From Gemmatimonadota bacterium (GTDB taxonomy: Bacteria; Gemmatimonadota; Gemmatimonadetes; Gemmatimonadales; GWC2-71-9), in assembly GCA_041487875.1 (NCBI GenBank), contig JBGPOE010000006.1, positions 11,913 to 75,912 of the forward strand: DNA of 64,000 nt, written 5' to 3'. The notes beneath the pieces are model-generated. The model saw nothing but the letters and a program-made list of their open reading frames with translations, did not search any database and had not been told where the DNA came from. How positions within the stretch are numbered: the first letter of the stretch is position 1; each line of letters starts with the position of its first letter. The position numbers were made by a program, and so were the translations under genes. Of the stretch, positions 1-11,715 are shown piece by piece.

Positions 1-11
1 AGACGCAAGAG

Positions 12-85
12 AGCCATCAGCCATCAGCCGTCAGCCGTCAGCCGAACCGTCTCACGGATGGCTGATGGCTGACGACTGATGGCTT
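12..85. repeat. Inverted arrays of heptanucleotide repeats forming a long imperfect hairpin around the stop codon of CDS 52..945
   Basis: Read directly: AGCCATC AGCCATC AGCCGTC AGCCGTC AGCCGAA (12-46), 11-nt spacer CCGTCTCACGG, then GATGGCT GATGGCT GACGACT GATGGCT (58-85). GATGGCT is the reverse complement of AGCCATC. The stop codon (52-54) sits in the spacer. Confidence 0.85.
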
Positions 86-945
86 CGAAAGGCGACATAC
101 AATCCGCCGACCAGCATCACGACGAGCAACGCGACGATCAGCGGCAGCAGCCGGGCCGGGTCGAAGCGGCGAGACCGGAACTGGATGCTGATCGCGGCGC
201 CCGTGGGCACCGCGTGGAGCGAATAGCGCGCGAAGAATCGCCCCTCGACTTCCTGCACGTCGAGTCGCCGCGCGCCCAGCGCGGTGACGGACGCGGTCGT
301 GTCCTCGAGCAGGAGATCCAGCTCGTCCGCCGGTTGCGGCACCGGCACGACCAACGTCGTCATGGAGGCCGGCAGCGTGTAGCCGAACGACAGCTGGCGC
401 GCCTGGTCGGGCGGCAAGGGCGCGAACACGAGCACGGTGTCGCCTCGGCGCGCCACCGCCTGTGGCGACACGTCGCCCTCCCCCGTCTGGAACTGCAGCG
501 CGCCCGCGGGCAGCACGCCGCGCCAGGTCGGCTGGGTGGTGTCGGCGGAGACGCGCGTGGCGGGTCCCGGGTTCAGGAGCTGGATCATCTCGAGCACATC
601 GCGGGAGCCGTCCGGCTTGGGCCGCGCCACGGTGATCAAGCGCTGCGGCACGCCGATGGGCGGGCCCGTGGGGCTCGTGCGGTAGACGAGAATCGGTTGG
701 AGCAGGACGTCGCCGCTGGTGAGGCGCACCGGCTCGGAAAAATAGGCGATGTCGTCGTAGCGGGCGCTCGCGAGGTAGAGCGCCGTGGTGTCGCCCGTCG
801 AGACGTGGAACGCGAACGCGCCCGCTGCATCGGTGCGTAGCGAGTCCACCGGTGCGCCCCCGCCGGTGGTGACGCGATGCAGCACCACCCACTCCCCCGC
901 GATGGGCCGCCCCCGCGCGCCGCCCACGAGCACGTGGCCGCGCAC
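52..945 (-). CDS. Membrane-anchored protein with carboxypeptidase-regulatory-like N-terminal domain (hypothetical)
   Basis: ORF 52..945, 297 aa from the first canonical start (GTG 943-945). The N-terminus RGHVLVGGARGRPIAGEWVVL...TDAAGAFAF resembles a CarboxypepD_reg beta-sandwich. C-terminal hydrophobic helix LLPLIVALLVVMLVGGLYVAF. In-frame codons upstream (946-1023) encode a signal-peptide-like RRRALAFLLACAAAGPAALGAQG without any ATG/GTG/TTG, so the true start is uncertain. Confidence 0.7.
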   Translation of the reverse strand: MRGHVLVGGARGRPIAGEWVVLHRVTTGGGAPVDSLRTDAAGAFAFHVSTGDTTALYLASARYDDIAYFSEPVRLTSGDVLLQPILVYRTSPTGPPIGVPQRLITVARPKPDGSRDVLEMIQLLNPGPATRVSADTTQPTWRGVLPAGALQFQTGEGDVSPQAVARRGDTVLVFAPLPPDQARQLSFGYTLPASMTTLVVPVPQPADELDLLLEDTTASVTALGARRLDVQEVEGRFFARYSLHAVPTGAAISIQFRSRRFDPARLLPLIVALLVVMLVGGLYVAFRSHQSSAISHP

Positions 946-1015
946 GATGCGGCGCCCCTGGGCCCCGAGCGCCGCCGGCCCCGCCGCCGCACACGCCAGC
1001 AGAAACGCGAGCGCC

Positions 1016-4076
<3,061 letters not shown>

Positions 4077-4096
4077 GAGCAGGCGGTTCCTGACCG

Positions 4097-5899
4097 TTAG
4101 TGGCTCAAGCTAGCCGCGCGCCGGTCGCCGGGCAACCGGGTGTCGGCGTCGAGCAACTTCAGATCGACGGCTTCCGCGAGCGCGTACCGCAGTACGTCGA
4201 GCGCGAGCTCCGCGGTGCGCGCGGCGAGCGCGGCGTCCGCCGCGGCCTGCGCGTGCTCGCGGGTGATTTGGCGGATCATCCACCGGATCAACGGCAGCGC
4301 GGGCGGCGACACCGAGAGCGTTTCGTACCCGAGCCCCACCAGCAGGAACGCCGAGAGCGGGTCGGACGCCATCTCGCCGCACACGCTGGCGGGCTTCTGC
4401 TTCGCGTGGGCCGCGTTGGCGACGAGCTTCAGCAAGCGCAGCACGGCGGGGTCGTGCGGCGTGAAGCGATCGGCGAGGCGCGCGTTGCCGCGGTCGACCA
4501 CGAGCGTGTACTGCGTGAGGTCGTTGCTGCCCACGCTCAGGAAGTCGCTCACCTCAACCAGGCGATCGGCCATCACGGCCGCGGCGGGCGTTTCCACCAT
4601 TACGCCGATCGGCACGGTGGCGGCGGCTTCGACACCCACGTGCTTCAGCCGTTCGGCTTCCTCCGCCACCAGCTCGCGCGTGCGGTCCACTTCGTCGAGC
4701 CGCGTCACGAGCGGGATCATCATGTGAATGTCCGCGTGCGCCGCCGCCCGCAGGATGGCGCGGATCTGCGCGCGGAACATCTCGGGCTGATCCAGGCACA
4801 CGCGGATCGCGCGCCAGCCGAGGAATGGGTTTGCCTCCGCCGCAGAGCGGAACGGCGCCGGGAACTTGTCGCCTCCCAGGTCGAACGTGCGGATCACCAC
4901 CGGGTGTCCCTTGAAGGCCTCGCCCACTCTGCGGAAGTAGGCCGCCTGCTCGTTTTCGCTCGGCAGCTGGGCATGACCCGTCACCAGAAACTCGGTACGG
5001 AGCAGCCCCACGCCCTCGGCGCCGTTGGCGCGCGCGGTGGCGATCTCCTCGGGGACGTCGACGTTGCCGCGCAACGCCACGCGCAGCTGATCCCGCGTGA
5101 TCGCGGGCTCGTGCACCGCCTTGCCCAGCTGAGTCTGCAGCGTGCGGCGGCGATCGCGCTCGGTGTCCGCCTCGGCGATCTCGGCGGGCGTCGGGTCGAG
5201 CAGCACCGTGCCGCGGGCGCCGTCGAGCACGAGCATCGTGCCGGGCCGGATGCGCTGCAGCGCGCCGCTGAGCCCCATCACCGCCGGGATGCCCATCGAG
5301 TGCGCCAGGATCGCCGCGTGCGACGTGCGCGTGCCTTCCTCACTCACCAGGCCGATCACCCGCTCGCGGTCGATCTGCACCGTGAGACCCGGGGCCAGCT
5401 CGCGCGCCACGACCACCGAAGGCTGCTCGATGGCCTCGAGACCTTCCTCGACGCCCTTATGGAGGAGGTGACCGATGACGCGGAGCACGACGTTGTTCAG
5501 ATCGGGCAGGCGCTCGCGCAACCGCGAGCTCGGATGCGCGGCCCACTCGTCCCGCAGCTCCAGCGCCTTGAACTCGAACGCCTTCTCGGCCGTGAGGTGG
5601 TTCTCGCGGATCAGCTCCTCCACCGCGCCGGTGAACGTGCGGTCCTCGAGCATCATCATCTGCGCCTCGAAGATCCGCGCCGCGTCCACGCCGGCGCGGC
5701 TCTCGGCACGCGCCTTGATCTCGGCGATGTGCCCTTTCACGTCGCGCACGGCCGCCCGCAGGCGGCGGACCTCCTTCTCCACCTGGGTGCGCGCCACCGT
5801 CCGGTGCGGCACCTCGGGCAGCGCCCACTGCAGCACCACCGCCGGGCCGATCGCGATGCCCGGCGAGACGCCGATGCCACGTAACAGGCGATCCGTCAC
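4097..5899 (-). CDS. ptsI: Phosphoenolpyruvate-protein phosphotransferase (PTS enzyme I)
   Basis: 600-aa part of ORF 4097..6124 starting [22 protein letters not shown]. Active-site region [19 protein letters not shown] and [13 protein letters not shown] 5897-5899 overlaps the ptsH stop (GTGA). Confidence 0.93.
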   Translation of the reverse strand: MTDRLLRGIGVSPGIAIGPAVVLQWALPEVPHRTVARTQVEKEVRRLRAAVRDVKGHIAEIKARAESRAGVDAARIFEAQMMMLEDRTFTGAVEELIRENHLTAEKAFEFKALELRDEWAAHPSSRLRERLPDLNNVVLRVIGHLLHKGVEEGLEAIEQPSVVVARELAPGLTVQIDRERVIGLVSEEGTRTSHAAILAHSMGIPAVMGLSGALQRIRPGTMLVLDGARGTVLLDPTPAEIAEADTERDRRRTLQTQLGKAVHEPAITRDQLRVALRGNVDVPEEIATARANGAEGVGLLRTEFLVTGHAQLPSENEQAAYFRRVGEAFKGHPVVIRTFDLGGDKFPAPFRSAAEANPFLGWRAIRVCLDQPEMFRAQIRAILRAAAHADIHMMIPLVTRLDEVDRTRELVAEEAERLKHVGVEAAATVPIGVMVETPAAAVMADRLVEVSDFLSVGSNDLTQYTLVVDRGNARLADRFTPHDPAVLRLLKLVANAAHAKQKPASVCGEMASDPLSAFLLVGLGYETLSVSPPALPLIRWMIRQITREHAQAAADAALAARTAELALDVLRYALAEAVDLKLLDADTRLPGDRRAASLSH

Positions 5900-6219
5900 G
5901 CGCGCTCGTCCTCCTCGCTCACTTCCTCTTCCTCGTTCCCGGTGAGGTGCATTTCGCGGAACCCGTCCGACACCAACGCGCACAGCGCGTCCATCGCGGC
6001 CTCCGCATCGACGCCGTCGGTGCGGAGCGACAGGCTGGAGCCGCATTCCGCGGCCAGCGCCATCATGCCCAGGATGCTCTTGCCGTTCACGGTGACGCCG
6101 TCCTTGCTGACGAGGATGGCGCACGCGAACCGCCCCGCCACTTTCACGAACTCCGCCGCGGGCCGGGCGTGCAAGCCGAGCGGGTTCACGATCCGCGCGT
6201 CCCGCGCGACTACCGCCAT
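5896..6219 (-). CDS. ptsH: Phosphocarrier protein HPr with acidic C-terminal tail
   Basis: Last 107 codons of ORF 5896..7074: MAVVARDARIVNPLGLHARPAAEFV...NGKSILGMM. Both the His15-type (GLHARPA) and Ser46-type (GKSIL) sites are present. The extra tail is [17 protein letters not shown]. Confidence 0.9.
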   Translation of the reverse strand: MAVVARDARIVNPLGLHARPAAEFVKVAGRFACAILVSKDGVTVNGKSILGMMALAAECGSSLSLRTDGVDAEAAMDALCALVSDGFREMHLTGNEEEEVSEEDERA

Positions 6220-6956
6220 GCCGTCCCCACGATCAGCGCCAGGGCCACGAGTACGAGGCCATAGCGCAAACCCGTGAGCGTGCCCTTCCCCACCCGCCAA
6301 TACAGCAACGCGAAACCGCCGGCCCCGGCGGCGCCGAGCGCGATCCGCGCCCAGGCCGGAAACGCCGCCGCCAGGTAGTCGGCGGACACGGGCAACGCCA
6401 GTCCCATCGCCAGCGCCATCCCGACCCCCGTGATCGCCAGGCTGCGCTGCAAGAACGGCGAGCGCAGCGCAGTCACCACGTGTACGCCGTGCTCCCAGCC
6501 CGCGCGCAGCGCCCACCAGCGCAAGACGACGTGCCCGATGTTGTAGGCCACCAGGAAAGCCGCCACCGCCCACAGTCCAGCGCCGAGCCCAACCCCCACG
6601 AGCGCCAGCCCCACCATGAGCGGCAGCCATCCAGCCCACACGAGGCGATCGCCGAGCGAGCCGAGGGGCCCGGTGAGCGCGGCGCGCAACCGCTCGATCT
6701 GCTCGGCCGGCGCGTGCTCGATCTCCGCCCGGGCGGTGGCGCCAACGGCGAGGCCCACCAGGTACGGGTGCGCGTTGAAGAAGTGCGCCCCGCGGGCCAC
6801 CGCGCCGCGATACGCCGCACCGTTCCCTTCCGCCTGCAGATCGCGCAGCAGCGGCTCCTCGGCCACGCCGGCCCCGAGCCCGATCATCCGTTCGTAGCTC
6901 CACGATCCCTGGACCGCGAACAGCCGCAGCAGCGCGGCGGCGAAGCGGGGTTTCAT
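6210..6956 (-). CDS. PTS mannose/fructose/sorbose family IID component
   Basis: 248-aa part of ORF 6210..7148 starting MKPRFAAALLRLFAVQGSWSYERMIGLGAG (ManZ-like N-terminus), with multiple TM segments. ATG 6954-6956 overlaps the IIC stop (ATGA). Confidence 0.8.
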   Translation of the reverse strand: MKPRFAAALLRLFAVQGSWSYERMIGLGAGVAEEPLLRDLQAEGNGAAYRGAVARGAHFFNAHPYLVGLAVGATARAEIEHAPAEQIERLRAALTGPLGSLGDRLVWAGWLPLMVGLALVGVGLGAGLWAVAAFLVAYNIGHVVLRWWALRAGWEHGVHVVTALRSPFLQRSLAITGVGMALAMGLALPVSADYLAAAFPAWARIALGAAGAGGFALLYWRVGKGTLTGLRYGLVLVALALIVGTAWR

Positions 6957-7624
6957 CGCAACCACACGAGCGCCGCGCCGCCACCGAGGCCCAGCGCGAG
7001 CCACGTGAGCGGCCGACCCCATCCCACGAGCCGCAACGTGCCCGCCGCCGCGGCCGCGAGCGCCGCGGCGGCACCCGCCACGCCCACCAGCGTCAGGGCC
7101 CGCGCGCCCAGCGCCGGGGCGAGGACGGCGCGCGACAGCGTGGCACACGCGAGGCCCGCCGCCGTCACCACCAGCGCGCGCACGCCGTCGCGGCCGATCG
7201 CCGCGACGTGGACCCGCACGAGCGCGGCGGCGTCACCCGCGTCAATCAACGCCAAGGCCCGGTTGGCGGCGCGCGCATTGAGGCGCCGCAGCAGCTGCAG
7301 CGAGCCGCCACCGAGCAGCGCAATCACGAGCCCCACGATCACGCCGAGCCCGAAGCCGCCGCGCGCACCGTACGCGGCGTAGACCGCCGCCACGGTCGCC
7401 GGTCCGTATTCCGGGTAACGCACCGCCCCGACGGGCAGAATGTCGAACTGGAACAGCTCGAACAGCACGCCCAGCCGCAGACCGGTCTCCACGTCGCCGA
7501 GAATCGCACCCGCGAACGCGCCCGCCACGAGCGGGCGCGCGATCATCATCTGGGGCACGCTCACCAGGTCGATGCCGCACAGCGTTCCCCAGCCGAGCAG
7601 GGCGAGCAGCACCACGAGGTTCAC
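6953..7624 (-). CDS. PTS mannose/fructose/sorbose family IIC component
   Basis: 223-aa part of ORF 6953..7882 starting VNLVVLLALLGWGTLCGIDLVSVPQMMIARPLVAGAFAGAILGD (ManY-like), polytopic. GTG 7622-7624 overlaps the IIB stop (GTGA). Confidence 0.8.
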   Translation of the reverse strand: MNLVVLLALLGWGTLCGIDLVSVPQMMIARPLVAGAFAGAILGDVETGLRLGVLFELFQFDILPVGAVRYPEYGPATVAAVYAAYGARGGFGLGVIVGLVIALLGGGSLQLLRRLNARAANRALALIDAGDAAALVRVHVAAIGRDGVRALVVTAAGLACATLSRAVLAPALGARALTLVGVAGAAAALAAAAAGTLRLVGWGRPLTWLALGLGGGAALVWLR

Positions 7625-8094
7625 GTGAACTCCCCCACCGGCACGGGCCGCGCCGTCGGCACGTCCTGCGCCGTCACTTCCACGCCGCGCGCCGCAAGGT
7701 CGCGCAGCAGCGCCGCCTCGGCATCCGTCAAATAGACGTAGCGTAGCCGTTCGGAACGGCCCGGCCGGTGATGCACCCCTCCCACGTTTACGCGGCGGAT
7801 CGGCCCGCCGTTCGCGCACAGCGCCGCCATCGTCTCCACGTTGGCCGTGAGCAGGATGCCGGGGCGGCGATCGGCCTGCCACTGGGCCAGCTGCTCACCC
7901 GCTTCCGCCGCCGATGCGAAGGTGACGTCGACGTCGGGCGGCACGCCCATGCGATAGAGGTCCTGTTCCCACTCGCTCGCGCGGACTTTGTCGTCCACCA
8001 GCACGATGTAGCGGATGCCGAGGGCCTTCCCCCAGCCCACGACCACCTGGCCGTGAATCAGCCGGTCGTCCACCCGGGCGAGCACCAGGCTCAC
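7621..8094 (-). CDS. PTS mannose family IIB component
   Basis: ORF 7621..8094, 157 aa. Phosphorylation-site motif ARVDDRLIHGQVVVGW. GTG start overlaps the IIA stop (GTGA). Confidence 0.88.
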   Translation of the reverse strand: MSLVLARVDDRLIHGQVVVGWGKALGIRYIVLVDDKVRASEWEQDLYRMGVPPDVDVTFASAAEAGEQLAQWQADRRPGILLTANVETMAALCANGGPIRRVNVGGVHHRPGRSERLRYVYLTDAEAALLRDLAARGVEVTAQDVPTARPVPVGEFT

Positions 8095-8465
8095 GCCGCG
8101 GTCACCTTGATGGCGCGCCCGCCGGCCTCGGCGGCGCGGCGCGCGGCGTCGGCCGGCGTGAGCCCGCGGTGAAACACGAAGTCGAGCAACATGGCCAGGT
8201 TCACGCCGGTCACCACCGCCACGTCAGGCCGGCCCCGGGCGTAGCGCACCGCCCCGGTGAGGCAGGAGCCGCCGGGCAAATCGATGAACAGCACCGCCGG
8301 GCGGTCCAGCACCGCAGCGAGCCGCTTCTCGAGCGCCTCGTAATCGCAGCCGTCGTTGGAGACGGGCATGAGGGCGTCGTCGATGCCGGTGATCGCCTGC
8401 ACCGCCGCCACCAGCGACTCCGCCACGGCGGCGTGCGAGACGATCACGCCACGCAGCTCACTCAT
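8091..8465 (-). CDS. PTS mannose family IIA component
   Basis: ORF 8091..8465, 124 aa. MSELRGVIVSHAAVAESLV with the His near the N-terminus, typical of EIIA-Man. Its start overlaps the hprK 3' end by 8 nt. Confidence 0.85.
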   Translation of the reverse strand: MSELRGVIVSHAAVAESLVAAVQAITGIDDALMPVSNDGCDYEALEKRLAAVLDRPAVLFIDLPGGSCLTGAVRYARGRPDVAVVTGVNLAMLLDFVFHRGLTPADAARRAAEAGGRAIKVTAA

Positions 8466-9426
8466 AATCCTCCTCGAGATACTCCCGCACGTTGCGCTTC
8501 TCGCGCAGGGTCTTGATCAGGCGTTCGTTGAACGCCTTCGCCGTGTCCACGCCGCTGTAGCGCAACAGGTGGTTCATCGCCACCACTTCGCAAATCACCG
8601 TGAGGTTCTTGCCCGGGTTCAGCGGCACCAGCACCAGCGGCAGCGGCACGCCCAGGATCTCGGTCTCCTGCCCGTCCAGCCCGGTGCGATCGTACTCGCG
8701 GGCATTGTCCCAGTCTTCGAGCTGCACCACCACCTCGATGCGCTTCTGCTGGCGCACCGAGCGCACGCCGAACAGCGCGTTGATGTCGATCAAGCCGACG
8801 CCGCGGATTTCCATGTGGTGGCGCGCCACCTCGATCCCCCGCCCGATCAGCACGTCGTTGCCGCGCCGGGTGATGTGCACTACGTCGTCGGCCACGAGCC
8901 GGTGGCCCCGCTCGACCAGGTCCAGCACGCACTCGCTCTTGCCGATGCCGGAGCGCCCGGTGAACAAGAGGCCCACGCCGAACACGTCGGCGAGCGAGGC
9001 GTGCACCGTGGTGATGGGCGCGAACGCGTCGTCCAAGAAGGGCTTCAAGCGGCTGTAGAAGTCGGCCGTCTTGAGCGAGGTGCGGATCACGGGGACGCCC
9101 TTGCGCGTCGCCAGGTCCAGCAAGTCCGACGGGACGTCCTGGCCCTTGGTGATGAAGATGCAGGGCACGTCGAAGCCGAGCAGCGTCTCAAGCGCGCGAC
9201 GCCGGCCCGCCGAGTCGAGGGACATGAGGTACGTGATCTCGGTCTCGCCCAGGACGTGCAGGCGCGCGCTCACGAAGCGGTCGGTGTATCCGGCCAACAC
9301 CAGCCCGGGGCTCGAGGCCTCGGGCGAGGGGATTTCACGATCCAGCCCGACCTCGCCCGTCAGCACCTCGAGCTTCAGCGGCTCGCCCTTCTTGGCGAGC
9401 AGGTCGCGGACCTTGGGAACGCTCAC
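8458..9426 (-). CDS. hprK: HPr kinase/phosphorylase
   Basis: Last 322 codons of ORF 8458..9999 starting VSVPKVRDLLAKKGEPLKLEVLTGEVGL. Walker A GRSGIGKSE, plus LVADD and EIRGVGLI motifs. GTG 9424-9426 overlaps the hpf stop (GTGA). Confidence 0.93.
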   Translation of the reverse strand: MSVPKVRDLLAKKGEPLKLEVLTGEVGLDREIPSPEASSPGLVLAGYTDRFVSARLHVLGETEITYLMSLDSAGRRRALETLLGFDVPCIFITKGQDVPSDLLDLATRKGVPVIRTSLKTADFYSRLKPFLDDAFAPITTVHASLADVFGVGLLFTGRSGIGKSECVLDLVERGHRLVADDVVHITRRGNDVLIGRGIEVARHHMEIRGVGLIDINALFGVRSVRQQKRIEVVVQLEDWDNAREYDRTGLDGQETEILGVPLPLVLVPLNPGKNLTVICEVVAMNHLLRYSGVDTAKAFNERLIKTLREKRNVREYLEEDYE

Positions 9427-9740
9427 GCGGCGTCGCGCGCCGCCGCGCGGCGCCGGGCGGGCGCGCCCCGTGGCGTCTTCTCGAGTTGGCGGCGGAGACG
9501 CCCGCCGGCGCGATCGAGCGCGCTCTTGTGGTCGGCCCCGTCCGCCGTGGCGACAGCCCTGCGGCCGCGCCCGGCGTGCAGGCGCAGCTCGACCGCCGCC
9601 GTGCCGTGGTCGTCGCTGAAAATCACCTGCGCCGCGAGCGGACGGCGTGCCACCTTCACGAGACGCGCCACGAGGTCGCGGGCGCGCGCGCGCAGGTCGT
9701 CGGGGATCTCGCAGTGCCGCTGTGTGATGGTGACCCGCAT
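9423..9740 (-). CDS. hpf: Ribosome hibernation promoting factor (short HPF/RaiA family)
   Basis: ORF 9423..9740, 105 aa: MRVTITQRHCEIPDDLRARARDLVARL...ADHKSALDRAGGRLRRQLEK, matching the sigma-54 modulation/S30AE family pattern. GGAAGGAG lies upstream inside the preceding gene. Confidence 0.8.
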   Translation of the reverse strand: MRVTITQRHCEIPDDLRARARDLVARLVKVARRPLAAQVIFSDDHGTAAVELRLHAGRGRRAVATADGADHKSALDRAGGRLRRQLEKTPRGAPARRRAAARDAA

Positions 9741-9746
9741 GTGCTG

Positions 9747-10862
9747 TCAGACTCCTTCCGCGAGGGTACGCTGGAGATGCGCCGCGGTGGCGCGGGCGGC
9801 GCGCTCCCACGAGAGACCTTCCGCGAAGGCGCGCCCGCGACGGCCCAGCGCGGCGACCCGCGCCGGGTCGCCCGCAAGCTCGAGCATCCGGGCGGCGAGC
9901 GCGGCGGCGTCGCCGTGCGGCACCAGATACCCGGTCTCTCCCTGCACCACCGACTCGCGCAGCCCGGGGCTGTCGGAGGCGAGCGCCGGAGTGCCGCATG
10001 CCGCCGCCTCGACGTTGGTGATGCCCCAGCCCTCCTTGGGGCTCGGGAACACGACGGCCCAGGCGCGGCGCAGCAGCTGCCGCTTCGCTTCTTCCGGCAC
10101 GAACCCCAGGAATCGCACCGCGTCGCCCAGACCGAGCGTCGTCGCCACGCGCTCCAGCCGTGTGCGGTCGTCACCCTGCCCCGCAATCTCGAGTGTGACG
10201 TCGGAGCGCGCTGCCCGCGCCAGCGCGAGCGCCCGCAAAGCGACCTCCACTCCTTTATAACGCTTCAGGCGGCCGAGGTACAGGAACGTCGGCACGGCCG
10301 CCCGCGGCACCGCCGGATCGGGGCAATACCAGGCGGCATCGACACCGGGATAGATGACGGCGATGCGCTCGCGCGGCACGCCGCGCCGCACCAGGTCGTC
10401 GCGCGTGCTCTCCGAGATCGCATGGAACGCGGCGCGACGGTAGGCCCGCGGTATCGGCTGCTCGGCTGCCCACACGATCGCGGCCAGCGGCCAGCTCGCT
10501 TCGGCGAACGCCGTCGTGCCGAACAGATGCGGCACGATGGCGCAGAACGGCAACCGCGTGAGCTGCGGCAGAAACAGCGGCAGCTTGTTGATGTCCTCGA
10601 CCACGATGTCGTAGCCGCCCGTTGCGAGCAACCGGCGCACCACGCCGCGCGCCCGCAGCGCGAAGCTGTGCCGCCCGCCCACCCGGTGCACGTGCATGCC
10701 ATCGAGCTCGGCCTCGGGCGCCGCGCCGGGCCAGCCGCTCACCACCAAGTCCACCGTGTGCCCCCAGCGCGCCAGGCGGCCGAACAGCTCGTGCAGATGA
10801 ATCTCGGCGCCGCCCGCGTGCGGGTTGTCACGGTCGTTCCAGTTGACGAGCAGGATCTTCAC
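9747..10862 (-). CDS. Glycosyltransferase family 4 (GT-B fold)
   Basis: 371-aa part of ORF 9747..10937 starting VKILLVNWNDRDNPHAGGAEIHL. C-terminal FPSPKEGWGITNVEAAACGTPALASD is typical of GT4. GTG 10860-10862 overlaps the nusB stop (GTGA). Confidence 0.85.
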   Translation of the reverse strand: MKILLVNWNDRDNPHAGGAEIHLHELFGRLARWGHTVDLVVSGWPGAAPEAELDGMHVHRVGGRHSFALRARGVVRRLLATGGYDIVVEDINKLPLFLPQLTRLPFCAIVPHLFGTTAFAEASWPLAAIVWAAEQPIPRAYRRAAFHAISESTRDDLVRRGVPRERIAVIYPGVDAAWYCPDPAVPRAAVPTFLYLGRLKRYKGVEVALRALALARAARSDVTLEIAGQGDDRTRLERVATTLGLGDAVRFLGFVPEEAKRQLLRRAWAVVFPSPKEGWGITNVEAAACGTPALASDSPGLRESVVQGETGYLVPHGDAAALAARMLELAGDPARVAALGRRGRAFAEGLSWERAARATAAHLQRTLAEGV

Positions 10863-11272
10863 AGCTGGCCCAGCTCCCGCCCCACGCGATCGAGCACGCC
10901 GTTCACGAACGCCGGCGCTTTGGGGCCCGCGAACCAATGCGCCAGCTTGACGGCCTCGTCCACCACGACGCGCGCGGGCGTGGTCCCCTCGTCGAGCTCC
11001 GCCAGCGCCAGCCGCAGGATGTTGCGCTCCACCACGCCCACCCGCTCGAACCGCCAGTGCTCAGCCGCCGCGGCGATCTGCCGGTCATATTCGGGACGCC
11101 CGGCGACGGCGCGCGCGGCGAGGTCGGCCCCGCGGTCGAACCCCTCGGGCAGCCCGCCGTGCATGCGCGACACGCGAGCGACCACCGTCTCGATCGACGG
11201 CTCGCCGGACAGCTCCCACGCATAGAGGATCTGGAGCGCGCGCGCCCGCGCCTTAGTCTCGGGGCGCTGCAC
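10859..11272 (-). CDS. nusB: Transcription antitermination factor NusB
   Basis: ORF 10859..11272, 137 aa: ARARALQILYAWE...ERNILRLALAEL...DEAVKLAHWF...FVNGVLDRV. Start codon choice (GTG 11270-11272) is tentative. Confidence 0.9.
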   Translation of the reverse strand: MQRPETKARARALQILYAWELSGEPSIETVVARVSRMHGGLPEGFDRGADLAARAVAGRPEYDRQIAAAAEHWRFERVGVVERNILRLALAELDEGTTPARVVVDEAVKLAHWFAGPKAPAFVNGVLDRVGRELGQL

Positions 11273-11714
11273 GGGCGAGCCGGGCGAGGACGTCGGCGGT
11301 TTGCTGTGCCGCCTCGGCGGCCTCGTATCCCTTGTTGCCGGTGGCGCCGCCCGCGCGGGCGAGCGCCTGCGCCTGGTCGGCGGTGGTGAGGACGCCGAAC
11401 CCCACCGCGATGCGGTGCGCCAACGCGACGTTGCCCAGTCCGCGGGCGGCTTCGCCGGCGACGTACTCGAAGTGCGGCGTCTCGCCGCGGATCACGCAGC
11501 CGAGCGCCACGATCACACCGTAGCGGCCGGTCGCGGCCGCGGCCTCGGCGACCACGGGCAACTCGAATGCGCCGGGGACCCAGAACACGTCCACGTGATC
11601 GTCCGACACGCCCTTGTCACGGAGGCAGTGCTGCGCTCCGTCCAAGAGTTTCGTGGTGACGAGCTCGTTGTACCGGCTGACCACCACCGCGACGCGCACC
11701 GCGACCCGAGCCAC
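11253..11714 (-). CDS. ribH: 6,7-dimethyl-8-ribityllumazine synthase
   Basis: ORF 11253..11714, 153 aa: VVVSRYNELVTTKLLDGA...VPGAFELP...LGCVIRGETPHFEYV. Confidence 0.94.
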   Translation of the reverse strand: MARVAVRVAVVVSRYNELVTTKLLDGAQHCLRDKGVSDDHVDVFWVPGAFELPVVAEAAAATGRYGVIVALGCVIRGETPHFEYVAGEAARGLGNVALAHRIAVGFGVLTTADQAQALARAGGATGNKGYEAAEAAQQTADVLARLARAAPRD

Positions 11715-11715
11715 G

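Noticed and set aside
12-85. Heptamer arrays (12-85, 36757-36822 and the intragenic tracts) considered as CRISPR arrays or as remnants of one.
   Set aside because: The period is 7 nt with no spacers and only 4-5 units. No cas genes are present. The layout is inverted arrays or in-frame tracts, which does not fit CRISPR.
4100-5884. Long ORFs antisense to, or out of frame with, the called genes. Examples: 4100..5884 (+, 594 aa), 8356..10260 (+, 634 aa), 20187..21914 (+), 22813..24915 (-, 700 aa), 28714..30351 (+), 43827..45941 (+, 704 aa), 56000..57736 (+), 44623..46029 (-).
   Set aside because: Their translations are Arg/Ala/Gly/Pro/His-rich low-complexity strings with no recognisable motifs, as expected for stop-poor alternative frames in very GC-rich DNA. 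Each is fully overlapped by an ORF with clear family-level signatures. I treat them as artefacts.
5896-5949. HPr acidic tail DNA as a member of the heptamer repeat families.
   Set aside because: Its periodicity is 6 nt (GAGGAA-type codon pairs), not 7. I treat it as ordinary acidic low-complexity coding sequence.
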